Notes: generated from the sequence alone by a model not told the origin. A stretch of DNA of 22,139 nt from Burkholderiaceae bacterium (GCA_047605425.1 JASGFT010000077.1:1-22139), one strand, 5' to 3'. Shown: positions 1 to 7,898, numbered from the stretch's first letter. Translations and numbers: made by a program.

Positions 1-865
1 CGTAACCGACGATGTAGCGCTCCACGATCATCCGGCTGCCATGCTCGCGCGCCGCCTCATAGGCCTGTTCGAGCTGCTCGCGCGTAGCGATGTTGACGGT
101 GACGCCCCGGCCTTGGTTGCCGTCCCGGGGCTTGACGACGACGCGCCCGCCCAGCGCCTGCATCGCCTCCCAGGCCTCTTCGATGGTGCCGATCGAATAG
201 CCCTTCGGCACCGGCACGCCGGCGGCCTCGAGGATGGTCTTGGACAGCTCCTTGTCCTGGGCGATCGATTCGGCGATGGCGCTGGTGGCGTCGACTTCGG
301 CGGCCTGGATCCGTCGCGCCCGGCTGCCCCAGCCGAACTGGACCAGGCTGCCCTGGGTCAGCCGGCGATACGGTATCCGGCGGGCCACGGCGGCATCGAC
401 GATGGCCCCCGTGCTCGGGCCGAGCCGGATGTCTTCGTCCAGTTCGTGCAGGACCGCGATCGCCGCGGCCGCGTCGAAGGCCGCGCCGGCCAGCGTGGCC
501 TCGCAGAGCTCGCGGGCGAAGGCCAGCGCCTTGCGGCCGACGTCCTCCTCGGTGTACTCGACGACGACCTGGTAGACGCCGGCATCGATGGTGGCCGTCG
601 TCAGGCTGAAGGTCACCGGGCAGCCGGCGCGGGCCTGCAGGTCCAGCGTCGCCAGTTGCAGGATACGGGCCAGCGGGACCGGCTCGGCCGAGCCGTCGAT
701 CTGCCACTCGTCCATCTGCGGGAAGCGTTCGCGCAGCGCGGCCTCGAAACCGGGAATCCGGTCGACTTCGGTCTCTTCGGGGCGGCAGCGCACGAGGGCT
801 TCGAGAGCCGTGCGCCGCGTCCACAGATTGGGGCCGCGCAAGGCGCGGATGCGTTCAATGTCCAT
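1..865 (-). CDS. cphA: Cyanophycin synthetase, N-terminal ~288 codons only (gene runs off the window's left edge). Translation starts MDIERIRALRGPNLWTRRTALEALV... and continues to ...VVKPRDGNQGRGVTVNIATREQLEQAYEAAREHGSRMIVERYIVGY. This covers the CphA N-domain plus the start of the ATP-grasp domain.
   Basis: I translated the minus strand by hand from the ATG at 865-863. The frame stays open to position 2 and gives a coherent protein. The N-terminus (IRALRGPNLW) and the ATP-grasp motif (KPRDGNQGRGV) parallel the downstream paralog (KPFDGNHGRGV) and the known CphA family. A GGGAG Shine-Dalgarno sits 7 nt upstream of the ATG. The ORF is absent from the supplied track only because it has no stop inside the window. 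Confidence 0.8.
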   Translation of the reverse strand, partial: MDIERIRALRGPNLWTRRTALEALVRCRPEETEVDRIPGFEAALRERFPQMDEWQIDGSAEPVPLARILQLATLDLQARAGCPVTFSLTTATIDAGVYQVVVEYTEEDVGRKALAFARELCEATLAGAAFDAAAAIAVLHELDEDIRLGPSTGAIVDAAVARRIPYRRLTQGSLVQFGWGSRARRIQAAEVDATSAIAESIAQDKELSKTILEAAGVPVPKGYSIGTIEEAWEAMQALGGRVVVKPRDGNQGRGVTVNIATREQLEQAYEAAREHGSRMIVERYIVGY

Positions 866-882
866 CGATCACTCCCTCGGCC

Positions 883-3111
883 TCAGGCCGCGGCGCTCCT
901 GCGATCGGCCGTGGCCTGGCGCGGCGCCTGGCCCGGCGGCGCCATCGACGAGAGGATCGGGACGAAGCTGAGGATGCCGGCCATCAGTCGCTCACGGGGC
1001 ATGCCCAGGCCGACGGCCGCCGCGACCGCGGCGAGCAGGCTAGCCGGATCGACCGATCCGCGCCACTGGCCGCCGACCAGCGTCGATCCCAGATCGCCGA
1101 GGACCTCGCGGCTGGTTCCGTCGATGAGGGCGACCTGCCGCCCGTCGAGGACGACGGCGCGTCCACCATTGGCGCAGTGCTCGCGCACCGCCTCCAGCGA
1201 CGGGTCCGTGGCATAGAAGATCACGGAGCCGATGCACAGCTCCGCCATCGAGACGATCATCGGTTCGTGGGCATTGAGGACGGCGGCGCCTTCCTCGAGC
1301 ACCACGTCGATTTGGGTGCGCATCACCTTCCAGATCTGCTCCGGTGAATCGAGATACTTGTCCGGCAGCGCGAGCCCGGGATCGAAATCGGTCACGATGC
1401 CGACCTGGCACCAGTCGTAGGCCATCCCCTCGCCGGCGATCATCGCCGGCGGGCTCTCGATCACCGCCGCCTCGACCGCACGGTTGCGCAGCAGCCGGCT
1501 CGCGATGTCGCGCCGGGTGCCGTCGCCCTGCTCGACGACGCGCCGGCCTATCGTCAGCCCGCCGGTCGTCGCGATCCCGACCTTGTAGCCGGCCACGCCG
1601 AGCAGGTGCGCGACGAGCTGGGCGACCGGGCCGCTCTTATGGACGCCGCAGATCCCGACCAGCGGAATCCTGCCATTCGAGCCGGCCGGGAACAGGTGCT
1701 CGGCGATCGCTTCGCCGACCGCCCGCGGCTTGCCGCTGGCCGGCTTCAGGTGCATCAGCAGCCCGGGGCCGGCGTTGACCTCGACGATGGCGCCGCGCGT
1801 CTGCGACAGCGGCCGCGAGACGTCGTCGGTGACCAGGTCGATGCCGGCGATGTCCAGGCCGATCGTGCGCGCCGCGAGCACGCACAGGTCGGCGACGCTG
1901 GGGTGGACGTCGTCGGTGCAGTCGTTGGCGACGTTGCCGTTGCGCTGGATCAGCACGCGCCGGCCCTCGGCCGGGATGCCGTCGGGCGTCAACCCCTGGC
2001 GCTCGAGACCGAGCTGGACGCCGGAGTCGATCCGGACCGGGTTCAGCGGATGGTCTTCGGTGTTGCCGCGGCGCGGATCGGTGTTGAGCTGGGTCGCGAT
2101 CAACTGCAGGACGGTGCTGCGGCCGTCGCCGGTGACCCAGGCGCTCTCACCGCGAGCCGCGGCGACCATCCGGTTGCCGACGACGAGCAGCCGGTGCTCG
2201 TCGCCGCTGACGTGGCGCTCGACCAGCACGCCGCTGCCTTCCCGCTCGGCGACGACGAAGGCCCGCTCGACCTCCTCGCGCGTGAACAGATTCGTGATGA
2301 CGCCCCGGCCGTGGTTGCCGTCGAAGGGCTTGACGACGACGGGGACGCCGACGTCCTCGGCCGCGGCCCAGGCATCGGCGGCGCCATCGACGAGACGCCC
2401 ATCGGGCACCGGCACGCCGACCGACTCGAGCAGTTGCTTGGTCAGGTCCTTGTCGCGGGAGATGCCTTCGGCGATCGCGCTGGTCAGGTCGGTCTCGGCC
2501 GTCCAGATCCGGCGCATCTTCGCGCCGTAGCCGAGCTGGACCAGGTTGCCGTCGTTGAGCCGGATGCTCGGGATCTTGCGCGCGGTCGCCGCCGCGACGA
2601 TGCAGTTGGTGCTCGGGCCGAGCGTCAGCCGCTCGGTCATGTCGCGCAGCCGTTCGACCGTCGCGGCCAGGTCGTAGGGCTCGTCGTTGATCATCGCCAT
2701 CAGCAGGTCGCGCGCGGCGACGAGGGCCGCGCGGGCGACATCGTCCTGCCAGGCGCTGACGATCACCTTGTACTGGCCGCGTATCGGGATTTCGCGGGCC
2801 CGGCCGAAGCCGCCGCGCATGCCGGCCAGGCCGAACAGCTCCAGCGTCAGGTGCTCCATGATGTGGCCGGGCCAGGTGCCTTCGTGCAGGCGCCGGACGA
2901 AGCCGCCGTATTCCTCGTAGCTGCAGCGGTGCTCCATCAGGCCGGGCAGCAGCCGGACGAGCCGGTCGGGCAGGCCGGGAATCCGGTCCGACGGATAGTC
3001 CTCCAACTCGCCGATGTCGACCAGGGCCTCGATGACCGGATCCCAGGTCCAGAGGTTCGGGCCTTTCAGGCTCGTGATGCTCAGTATCTCGATCGGCTTC
3101 TTCTTGTTCAT
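883..3111 (-). CDS. cphA2: Cyanophycin synthetase paralog (742 aa) with N-domain, ATP-grasp domain and a C-terminal Mur-ligase-like domain. Its Walker-A/P-loop is degenerate (VGICGVHKSGP where CphA has the GTNGKTT-type loop).
   Basis: The N-terminus MNKKKPIEILSITSLKGPNLWTW matches the CphA N-terminal signature. The ATP-grasp core reads VVVKPFDGNHGRGV. The C-terminal third has Mur-ligase-like layout with a non-canonical P-loop. Only 17 bp separate its stop from the downstream cphA start, consistent with one operon. Confidence 0.85.
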   Translation of the reverse strand: MNKKKPIEILSITSLKGPNLWTWDPVIEALVDIGELEDYPSDRIPGLPDRLVRLLPGLMEHRCSYEEYGGFVRRLHEGTWPGHIMEHLTLELFGLAGMRGGFGRAREIPIRGQYKVIVSAWQDDVARAALVAARDLLMAMINDEPYDLAATVERLRDMTERLTLGPSTNCIVAAATARKIPSIRLNDGNLVQLGYGAKMRRIWTAETDLTSAIAEGISRDKDLTKQLLESVGVPVPDGRLVDGAADAWAAAEDVGVPVVVKPFDGNHGRGVITNLFTREEVERAFVVAEREGSGVLVERHVSGDEHRLLVVGNRMVAAARGESAWVTGDGRSTVLQLIATQLNTDPRRGNTEDHPLNPVRIDSGVQLGLERQGLTPDGIPAEGRRVLIQRNGNVANDCTDDVHPSVADLCVLAARTIGLDIAGIDLVTDDVSRPLSQTRGAIVEVNAGPGLLMHLKPASGKPRAVGEAIAEHLFPAGSNGRIPLVGICGVHKSGPVAQLVAHLLGVAGYKVGIATTGGLTIGRRVVEQGDGTRRDIASRLLRNRAVEAAVIESPPAMIAGEGMAYDWCQVGIVTDFDPGLALPDKYLDSPEQIWKVMRTQIDVVLEEGAAVLNAHEPMIVSMAELCIGSVIFYATDPSLEAVREHCANGGRAVVLDGRQVALIDGTSREVLGDLGSTLVGGQWRGSVDPASLLAAVAAAVGLGMPRERLMAGILSFVPILSSMAPPGQAPRQATADRRSAAA

Positions 3112-3210
3112 GGCGAGGGATTCTCGCAGAGTCGGCGTCCCCGGGGCGTAACGCGGATCACGCTGCTTGTGACATGGGTGGCAGAATCTACCGTTTTGCC
3201 CGCCCCGTCC

Positions 3211-5592
3211 ATGCCTGCCGCGTCAATCCTTTCGACCGACGATCTGCCCAGCCGCTGGCGTGAGCGTGTACTGGCCGTGCTATCGGGCTCCGAGCGCCTG
3301 CTCGCCGTCGTCGAAACGGATCTCGACGATCGCTTGCACTTTGCCGAGGGGCTGGTCGTGCTGACGAGCCGGCGCATCTATTGCTGGGCGCCGGAGGGTG
3401 GGGGCGCTGCGGGTGTTGCCGGGGGGACGTGCGGTAACGGTGGTACCAGCGTTACCGTTGACGAGGGGGAGCGGGGGGCCGGTACGAGGGCTGCTGATGT
3501 CCCCGCCGGGAATGGCCCCTTCGGGTCTTGGTCGTGCAGCGGCGGCATGGCGTTGAACCACTTCGATCATGCCGGCGTGGCCACTCTCGAACTGGTCGGC
3601 GGCGGCCGGCGCCTGGCCTGCTGGCGGTTCACGTTGGGCCGCGATCCGGCGGCGATCCGGTTGGTGCGGGCGTTCGAATCGCTGAAGGCCAACGGTGCGA
3701 TCGCCTTCGAATCCGGCAATCGCGTCACCGACGAGGCCGCGTCGGACGGGGCTGGCGAACGAGGCGCAAGGGGAGAGGGGGCCGACGGGATCGACGGCGC
3801 CTACGGCGCGTCGGCCGAGGAAGCGACCCCGTCGACCTGGGTGCTGTTCCGGCTATGGCGTTTCGCCCGGCCGTACAAGGCGCAACTGCTGCTCGGCTTC
3901 GTGCTGACTGTGGCCGCGACCGGCTTCACCCTCGTCCCGCCGTACCTGACGATGCCGCTGATGGACCAGGTGCTGATCCCGTACCAGAACGGCACCCCGA
4001 TCGACTTCGACCTGGTCCGCTTCTACCTCGGCGCCTTGCTGGGGGCGGCCCTCCTCGCCTGGATCCTGGGCTGGGCACGAACCTGGGTGCTGGCCCGGGT
4101 CAGCGAGCGGATCGGCGCCGACCTGCGCACGACGACCTTTGCGCACCTGATGCGCCAGTCGCTCGAATACTTCGGCGGCAAGCGCACCGGTGACCTGATG
4201 GCCCGGATCAGCAACGAGACCGACCGGATCAACCTGTTCCTGTCGCTGCAGGCGCTCGATTTCGCGACCGATTGCCTGATGATCGCGATGACGGCCGTCA
4301 TCCTGTTCTCGATCAACCCGACGCTGGCCCTGGTCACGCTGGTGCCGTTGCCGTTCATCATCTGGCTGATCCACCTGGTCCGTGATCGGCTCAAGCACGG
4401 CTTCGAGAAAGTCGACCGGACCTGGGCCGAGGTGAACAACGTCCTGGCCGACACCATCCCCGGCGTGCGCGTCGTCAAGGCCTTCGCCCAGGAGGCGCGC
4501 GAGATCGAGCGCTTCCGCGAAGCGAACCAGCGCAACCTGCAGTTGAACGACCGCGTCAACAAGGTCTGGTCGCTGTTCTCGCCGACCGTCACGCTGCTGA
4601 CCGAGGTCGGCCTGCTCGTGATCTGGATCTTCGGCATCTGGCTGGTCTCTAAAAACGAGATCACCGTCGGCGTGCTGACGGCTTTTCTGACCTACATCGG
4701 GCGCTTTTACGTCCGGCTCGACTCGATGAGCCGGATCGTCTCGTTCACGCAGAAGGCCGCGGCTGGCGCCAAGCGGATCTTCGACATCCTCGACCAGGTC
4801 TCCAGCGTGCCCGAGCCGGCCAATCCCGTTCACCTGCGGGAGGTCACGGGGCGCATCGCGATCGATCGCGCCGGTTTCCGCTACGGCAGCCGGACCGTGA
4901 TCCGCAACCTGTGCCTGACCATCGAGCCCGGCGAAATGATCGGCCTCGTCGGCCACAGCGGCTCGGGCAAGAGCACGCTGGTCAACCTGATCTGCCGCTT
5001 CTACGACGTGACCGACGGCGCGATCCGTCTCGACGGCGTCGACATCCGCTCGCTGCCGGTCTCCGAATACCGCGCGAACATGGGCCTGGTCCTGCAGGAG
5101 CCCTTCCTGTTCTTCGGCACCATCGCCGAGAACATCGCCTACGGCCGGCCGGACGCCAGGCGCGAGGAGATCATCGCCGCGGCGCGCGCGGCCCACGCCC
5201 ACGAATTCATCCTGCGGCTGCCCCAGGGTTATGACTCGCTGGTCGGCGAGCGCGGCCAGGCGCTGTCCGGCGGCGAGCGCCAGCGCATCTCGATCGCTCG
5301 CGCGCTGCTGATCGACCCGCGCATCCTGATCCTCGACGAGGCGACCTCGGCCGTCGACACCCAGACGGAAAAGGAGATCCAGCGGGCGCTGGACAATCTC
5401 GTGAAGGGGCGTACGACGATCGCGATCGCGCACCGGTTGTCGACGCTGAGGAAGGCGAGCCGGTTGATCGTGATGGATCGTGGACAGGTCGTCGAAGTGG
5501 GCAGCCATGACGAGCTGATCGCGCGCGAAGGCGTGTACCACGGGCTGTACACGGCGCAGCAACGGCTGCAAGAAGAGGAGGCCCAGGCATGA
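3211..5592 (+). CDS. Fused ABC exporter (six-helix TMD plus C-terminal NBD, MsbA/ABCB-like half transporter). It carries an additional ~210-aa N-terminal cytoplasmic domain that looks PH/bPH-like (LLAVVETDLDDRLHFAEGLVVLTSRRIYCWAP...LELVGGGRRLACWRFTLGRD), split by a ~55-aa Gly-rich low-complexity insert.
   Basis: Walker A GHSGSGKST, ABC signature LSGGERQRISIARAL and Walker B ILILDEATSAVD are all present. Six hydrophobic helices precede the NBD. I chose the first in-frame ATG after the divergent intergenic region. In-frame GTGs at 3166 and 3175 are alternative starts. The part of the track's 1328-aa ORF upstream of ~3160 is antisense to cphA2 and is not coding. Confidence 0.88.
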   Translation: MPAASILSTDDLPSRWRERVLAVLSGSERLLAVVETDLDDRLHFAEGLVVLTSRRIYCWAPEGGGAAGVAGGTCGNGGTSVTVDEGERGAGTRAADVPAGNGPFGSWSCSGGMALNHFDHAGVATLELVGGGRRLACWRFTLGRDPAAIRLVRAFESLKANGAIAFESGNRVTDEAASDGAGERGARGEGADGIDGAYGASAEEATPSTWVLFRLWRFARPYKAQLLLGFVLTVAATGFTLVPPYLTMPLMDQVLIPYQNGTPIDFDLVRFYLGALLGAALLAWILGWARTWVLARVSERIGADLRTTTFAHLMRQSLEYFGGKRTGDLMARISNETDRINLFLSLQALDFATDCLMIAMTAVILFSINPTLALVTLVPLPFIIWLIHLVRDRLKHGFEKVDRTWAEVNNVLADTIPGVRVVKAFAQEAREIERFREANQRNLQLNDRVNKVWSLFSPTVTLLTEVGLLVIWIFGIWLVSKNEITVGVLTAFLTYIGRFYVRLDSMSRIVSFTQKAAAGAKRIFDILDQVSSVPEPANPVHLREVTGRIAIDRAGFRYGSRTVIRNLCLTIEPGEMIGLVGHSGSGKSTLVNLICRFYDVTDGAIRLDGVDIRSLPVSEYRANMGLVLQEPFLFFGTIAENIAYGRPDARREEIIAAARAAHAHEFILRLPQGYDSLVGERGQALSGGERQRISIARALLIDPRILILDEATSAVDTQTEKEIQRALDNLVKGRTTIAIAHRLSTLRKASRLIVMDRGQVVEVGSHDELIAREGVYHGLYTAQQRLQEEEAQA

Positions 5593-6098
5593 ACACCGAC
5601 GACGGGCAGGCGCCAGACGGCATCGTGCCGACCGCCGGACGTGCATTCACGCTCGAACGCAATCCTCATGGGCGCCTCGTTCTAAGGATGGAGGAGGGGT
5701 GTTGGGAGAACGTCGTGCCGGTGCGGGCGTTTCCGATCCAAGCGCCCGATGACGGCATCGCACTGATGTCGGCGGATGGTCATGAACGGGTGTGGATCGA
5801 TCGGCTCGCCGATCTGCCCGAGGCGACGCGCCGATTGATCGAAGCGGAGCTGGCCGTGCGCGAATTCACGCCGGTGATCCAGCGCCTGATCGCGATCTCG
5901 GGCTTCACCACGCCCAGCACCTGGCAGGTCGAGACCGACCGCGGCCGGACGGGCTTCGTGCTGAAGGGCGAGGAGTTCATTCGTCGGCTCACGCCGACGC
6001 GGTTGCTGATCACCGATGCCCAGGGAGTGCACTACCTGGTACCGGATCTGAACGGGCTGGATCGGGGGAGTCGGAGGATGGTGGATCGGTTTCTGTAG
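5589..6098 (+). CDS. DUF1854-like small cytoplasmic protein (169 aa). Its start codon overlaps the ABC exporter stop by 4 bp (ATGA).
   Basis: The ORF begins MNTDDGQAPDGIVPTAGRAFTLERNPHGRLVLRMEEGCWENVVPVRAFPIQAPDD...TDRGRTGFVLKGEE...LDRGSRRMVDRFL. The DUF1854 assignment is from memory of the Pfam family and its usual adjacency to ABC exporters; I could not search it. A 4-bp overlap of this kind usually means translational coupling. Confidence 0.7.
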   Translation: MNTDDGQAPDGIVPTAGRAFTLERNPHGRLVLRMEEGCWENVVPVRAFPIQAPDDGIALMSADGHERVWIDRLADLPEATRRLIEAELAVREFTPVIQRLIAISGFTTPSTWQVETDRGRTGFVLKGEEFIRRLTPTRLLITDAQGVHYLVPDLNGLDRGSRRMVDRFL

Positions 6099-6179
6099 TC
6101 GAATTCGATCATCAGCGAGCACTTGCCCTAGCTGGCGCGGCAACCATCCCGGCGACCCGGTTTCGTCCGGATTTCAGTT

Positions 6180-6218
6180 GGTGTACGATGTGTTCGATAT
6201 AAAAAATATGTACACATC
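6180..6218 (+). promoter_or_regulatory. AT-rich candidate promoter/operator immediately upstream of vapB. It reads GGTGTACgatgtgttcgatataaaaaatatGTACACatc, with inverted GTGTAC/GTACAC half-sites flanking a TATAAA-like -10 element.
   Basis: This is the only AT-rich stretch in a ~68% GC context. The inverted hexamers are typical of RHH-antitoxin autoregulatory operators, and it lies directly 5' of vapB. Confidence 0.4.
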
Positions 6219-6491
6219 ATGCGCACGAACATCGACATCGACGATGCCTTGATGGCTGAGGCCATGAAGGCTGGTCCGTTCAAGACCAAGAAAGACGCGG
6301 TCGAAGCCGGCTTGCGCTTGTTGGCGCGGCAGGCCGCTTACCGCGAGATTCTCAAGTGGCGCGGCAAGCTCGAATGGCAGGGTGACGAGGCGATCGACTG
6401 GACGCAGCCTGGCGGTCCGACGGCGTTGGCGGTCAACGAGCCGCCACCACGTGGGCGGGCCGTCAAGGGTGGACGACGTGCTGGTCGTTGA
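6219..6491 (+). CDS. vapB: Type II antitoxin VapB (ribbon-helix-helix, MRTNIDIDD... family).
   Basis: The N-terminus MRTNIDIDDALMAEAMKAGPFKTKKDAVEAGLRLLARQAAYREILKWRGKLEWQGDE matches the classic VapB/RHH antitoxin consensus. Its 3' end overlaps the start of the PIN toxin gene. Confidence 0.8.
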   Translation: MRTNIDIDDALMAEAMKAGPFKTKKDAVEAGLRLLARQAAYREILKWRGKLEWQGDEAIDWTQPGGPTALAVNEPPPRGRAVKGGRRAGR

Positions 6492-6879
6492 TTCGTCGGT
6501 ATGGATCGATTTCTTCAACGGCGCGGACGCACCCGCTGTCGATCTGCTGGCGCAGTTGCTCGATCGCGGCGAAGTGCGTCTCGTCGTCCCTGACCTGGTG
6601 ATGTTCGAAGTATTGCGCGGTTTCAGGCTGGAACACGAACTGCGCACCGCGCGCCGGCTGATGCAGGGATTGGATGTCGAAAGCTCGGTGGATCCGGATC
6701 TGGCGATGGCCGCCGTCGAACACTATCGGTACCTGCGCGGCCGTGGCTGCACGGTGCGCAGCGCGGTCGACGTGCTGGTGGCGGCTTTTTGCATCGATCG
6801 CGACTACGTCCTGCTGCACGACGACCGTGATTTCGACGCTTTCGAGCTGCATCGGGGCCTGCGCGTGTGGCGGCATTGA
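6478..6879 (+). CDS. vapC: Type II toxin VapC (PIN-domain ribonuclease). Start is a GTG (6478 or 6469) overlapping the vapB 3' end.
   Basis: The protein reads VLVVDSSVWIDFFNG...MFEVLRG...AVDVLVAAF...LLHDDRDF. The four conserved PIN acidic residues (D, E, D, D) are present, it is ~133 aa, and it overlaps vapB. Confidence 0.82.
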   Translation: MLVVDSSVWIDFFNGADAPAVDLLAQLLDRGEVRLVVPDLVMFEVLRGFRLEHELRTARRLMQGLDVESSVDPDLAMAAVEHYRYLRGRGCTVRSAVDVLVAAFCIDRDYVLLHDDRDFDAFELHRGLRVWRH

Positions 6880-6900
6880 GGCGGGTTCCGGCTACGACGT

Positions 6901-7275
6901 CTACCCCACCAGTCGCTTCAGCCATCGGCGCAACTCGCGTCGCCCGGCCGCATCGGTGCTCCGGTAGGCCGACAGCGCCAGTGCCAGGAAAGCGGCCTCG
7001 GCCGCCGTCGGCTTCGCCGCCGCGTCCGCGTCTTCGTGCTCGACATCGAGCCAGCCGGCGGGCTGGCCGGTCAGGGTCTCGATCTGCCGCGCCAGCTTGT
7101 CGCCGATCGGCCGTGAGGCCTTGATTTGGCTCCACATGCTGGGCGAGATCTGCAGGCGGCTTGCGAAGGCCTGCTCCAGCCCCTTCGGCGGCTCGCCGCC
7201 GGCCAGGGCCTGCTCGGCATGGGCCTGGAAGAGGGCGAGGGTGTTGCGGCGGCGAATGGTCGTGCGGTCGGACAT
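6901..7275 (-). CDS. Small XRE/Cro-CI-type helix-turn-helix DNA-binding protein (124 aa).
   Basis: The core SRLQISPSMWSQIKASRPIGDKLARQIETLTGQPAGWLD is an HTH_3-like motif common in small Burkholderiales regulators. It is convergent with vapC. Confidence 0.65.
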   Translation of the reverse strand: MSDRTTIRRRNTLALFQAHAEQALAGGEPPKGLEQAFASRLQISPSMWSQIKASRPIGDKLARQIETLTGQPAGWLDVEHEDADAAAKPTAAEAAFLALALSAYRSTDAAGRRELRRWLKRLVG

Positions 7276-7314
7276 CGCCGCATTCTCGCAGAGGAAGAAA
7301 GATCGCCCGAGGGC

Positions 7315-7343
7315 TTGACGGTGAGGTAAAGACTCTTTACTCT
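7315..7343 (+). promoter_or_regulatory. Plus-strand sigma70-like promoter: TTGACG (7315-7320), 17-bp spacer, TACTCT (7338-7343). A perfect 7-bp-arm palindrome GTAAAGA-C-TCTTTAC (7326-7340) sits in the spacer. It is a candidate operator for the divergent XRE regulator.
   Basis: I read the hexamers and their spacing directly. The arms of the palindrome are exact reverse complements. It lies ~50 bp upstream of the XRE gene start on the opposite strand. Confidence 0.4.
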
Positions 7344-7622
7344 CGATGTCCTTTCCACGGAAACGCGACCTTCAGCCGCCCGCGCCATGATCACCTTGCA
7401 CCGCCATCCCGCCATCGACCTCGCCCAGGGGTTGACGCCGTGGTGCCTGAGCGATCGGGCCCGCCTCGAATCGGCGCCGGCTTTTCGGGTCGACGGCATC
7501 GGCACCCATGGCAGGCGTGGGCCGTCAGGCGACGGCTATCGCTTCGATCCGACCTGGCATCCAGTTGCTTCGTTTACCGCACGAGGGTCCGCCTGACGGC
7601 CAGCCCTGCGCAGCGCAAGCAG

Positions 7623-7653
7623 CCCGGATGCCGAAAGGATCCGGGTTTTTTTT
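7623..7653 (+). terminator. Strong rho-independent terminator on the plus strand. Stem CCCGGAT/ATCCGGG (7 bp), 9-nt loop, then T8.
   Basis: The sequence is cccggatgccgaaaggatccgggtttttttt: a perfect stem followed by eight T residues. There is no A-tract 5' of it, so it works only for the plus strand. Confidence 0.75.
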
Positions 7654-7898
7654 CGCTCGCCACCTTTTCTTGATTCGCTTCGGGTATGTCCTTGCACTCC
7701 GGAGATCCGCCTATCGGGTGTGGCGGCTTCGGGATGTGCGCGGCATCGGGCCCGGCCTCGTGCAGCGAGACACCCCGTCCGGCCGGACGCTCGCGCGAGG
7801 GCATAGCCGAAGCGGTTCGTGACCACGAGCCCAAGCCGACGACTAAGCATCGATGAACCACCGGCCGGAAGGAGCGGCCAAGCCTCGAGGACGCGACG

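Noticed and set aside
41-1216. 391-aa plus-strand ORF, and several other ORFs in the first 900 bp (57-824 minus, 234-575, 358-585, 588-971, 613-858).
   Set aside because: They overlap the cphA1 minus-strand coding frame, which gives a coherent, family-recognisable protein. Their translations are Arg/Ala/Gly-rich low-complexity sequence typical of off-frame ORFs in high-GC DNA.
1606-3160. 5' two-thirds of the 1328-aa plus-strand ORF (1606-5592).
   Set aside because: This part is antisense to cphA2 and encodes low-complexity sequence. The real gene (ABC exporter) starts only in the divergent intergenic region (~3166-3211), and the upstream extension is open-frame read-through.
3166-3200. TGGCAG...TTTGC resembling a sigma54 -24/-12 promoter upstream of the ABC exporter.
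   Set aside because: The spacing between the GG and GC elements is 18 nt, not the required ~10 nt.
3853-5646. 597-aa minus-strand ORF, and the 4023-4664 minus ORF.
   Set aside because: They are antisense to the ABC exporter, which has unambiguous Walker and signature motifs. The antisense translations are R/D/Q-rich with no motifs.
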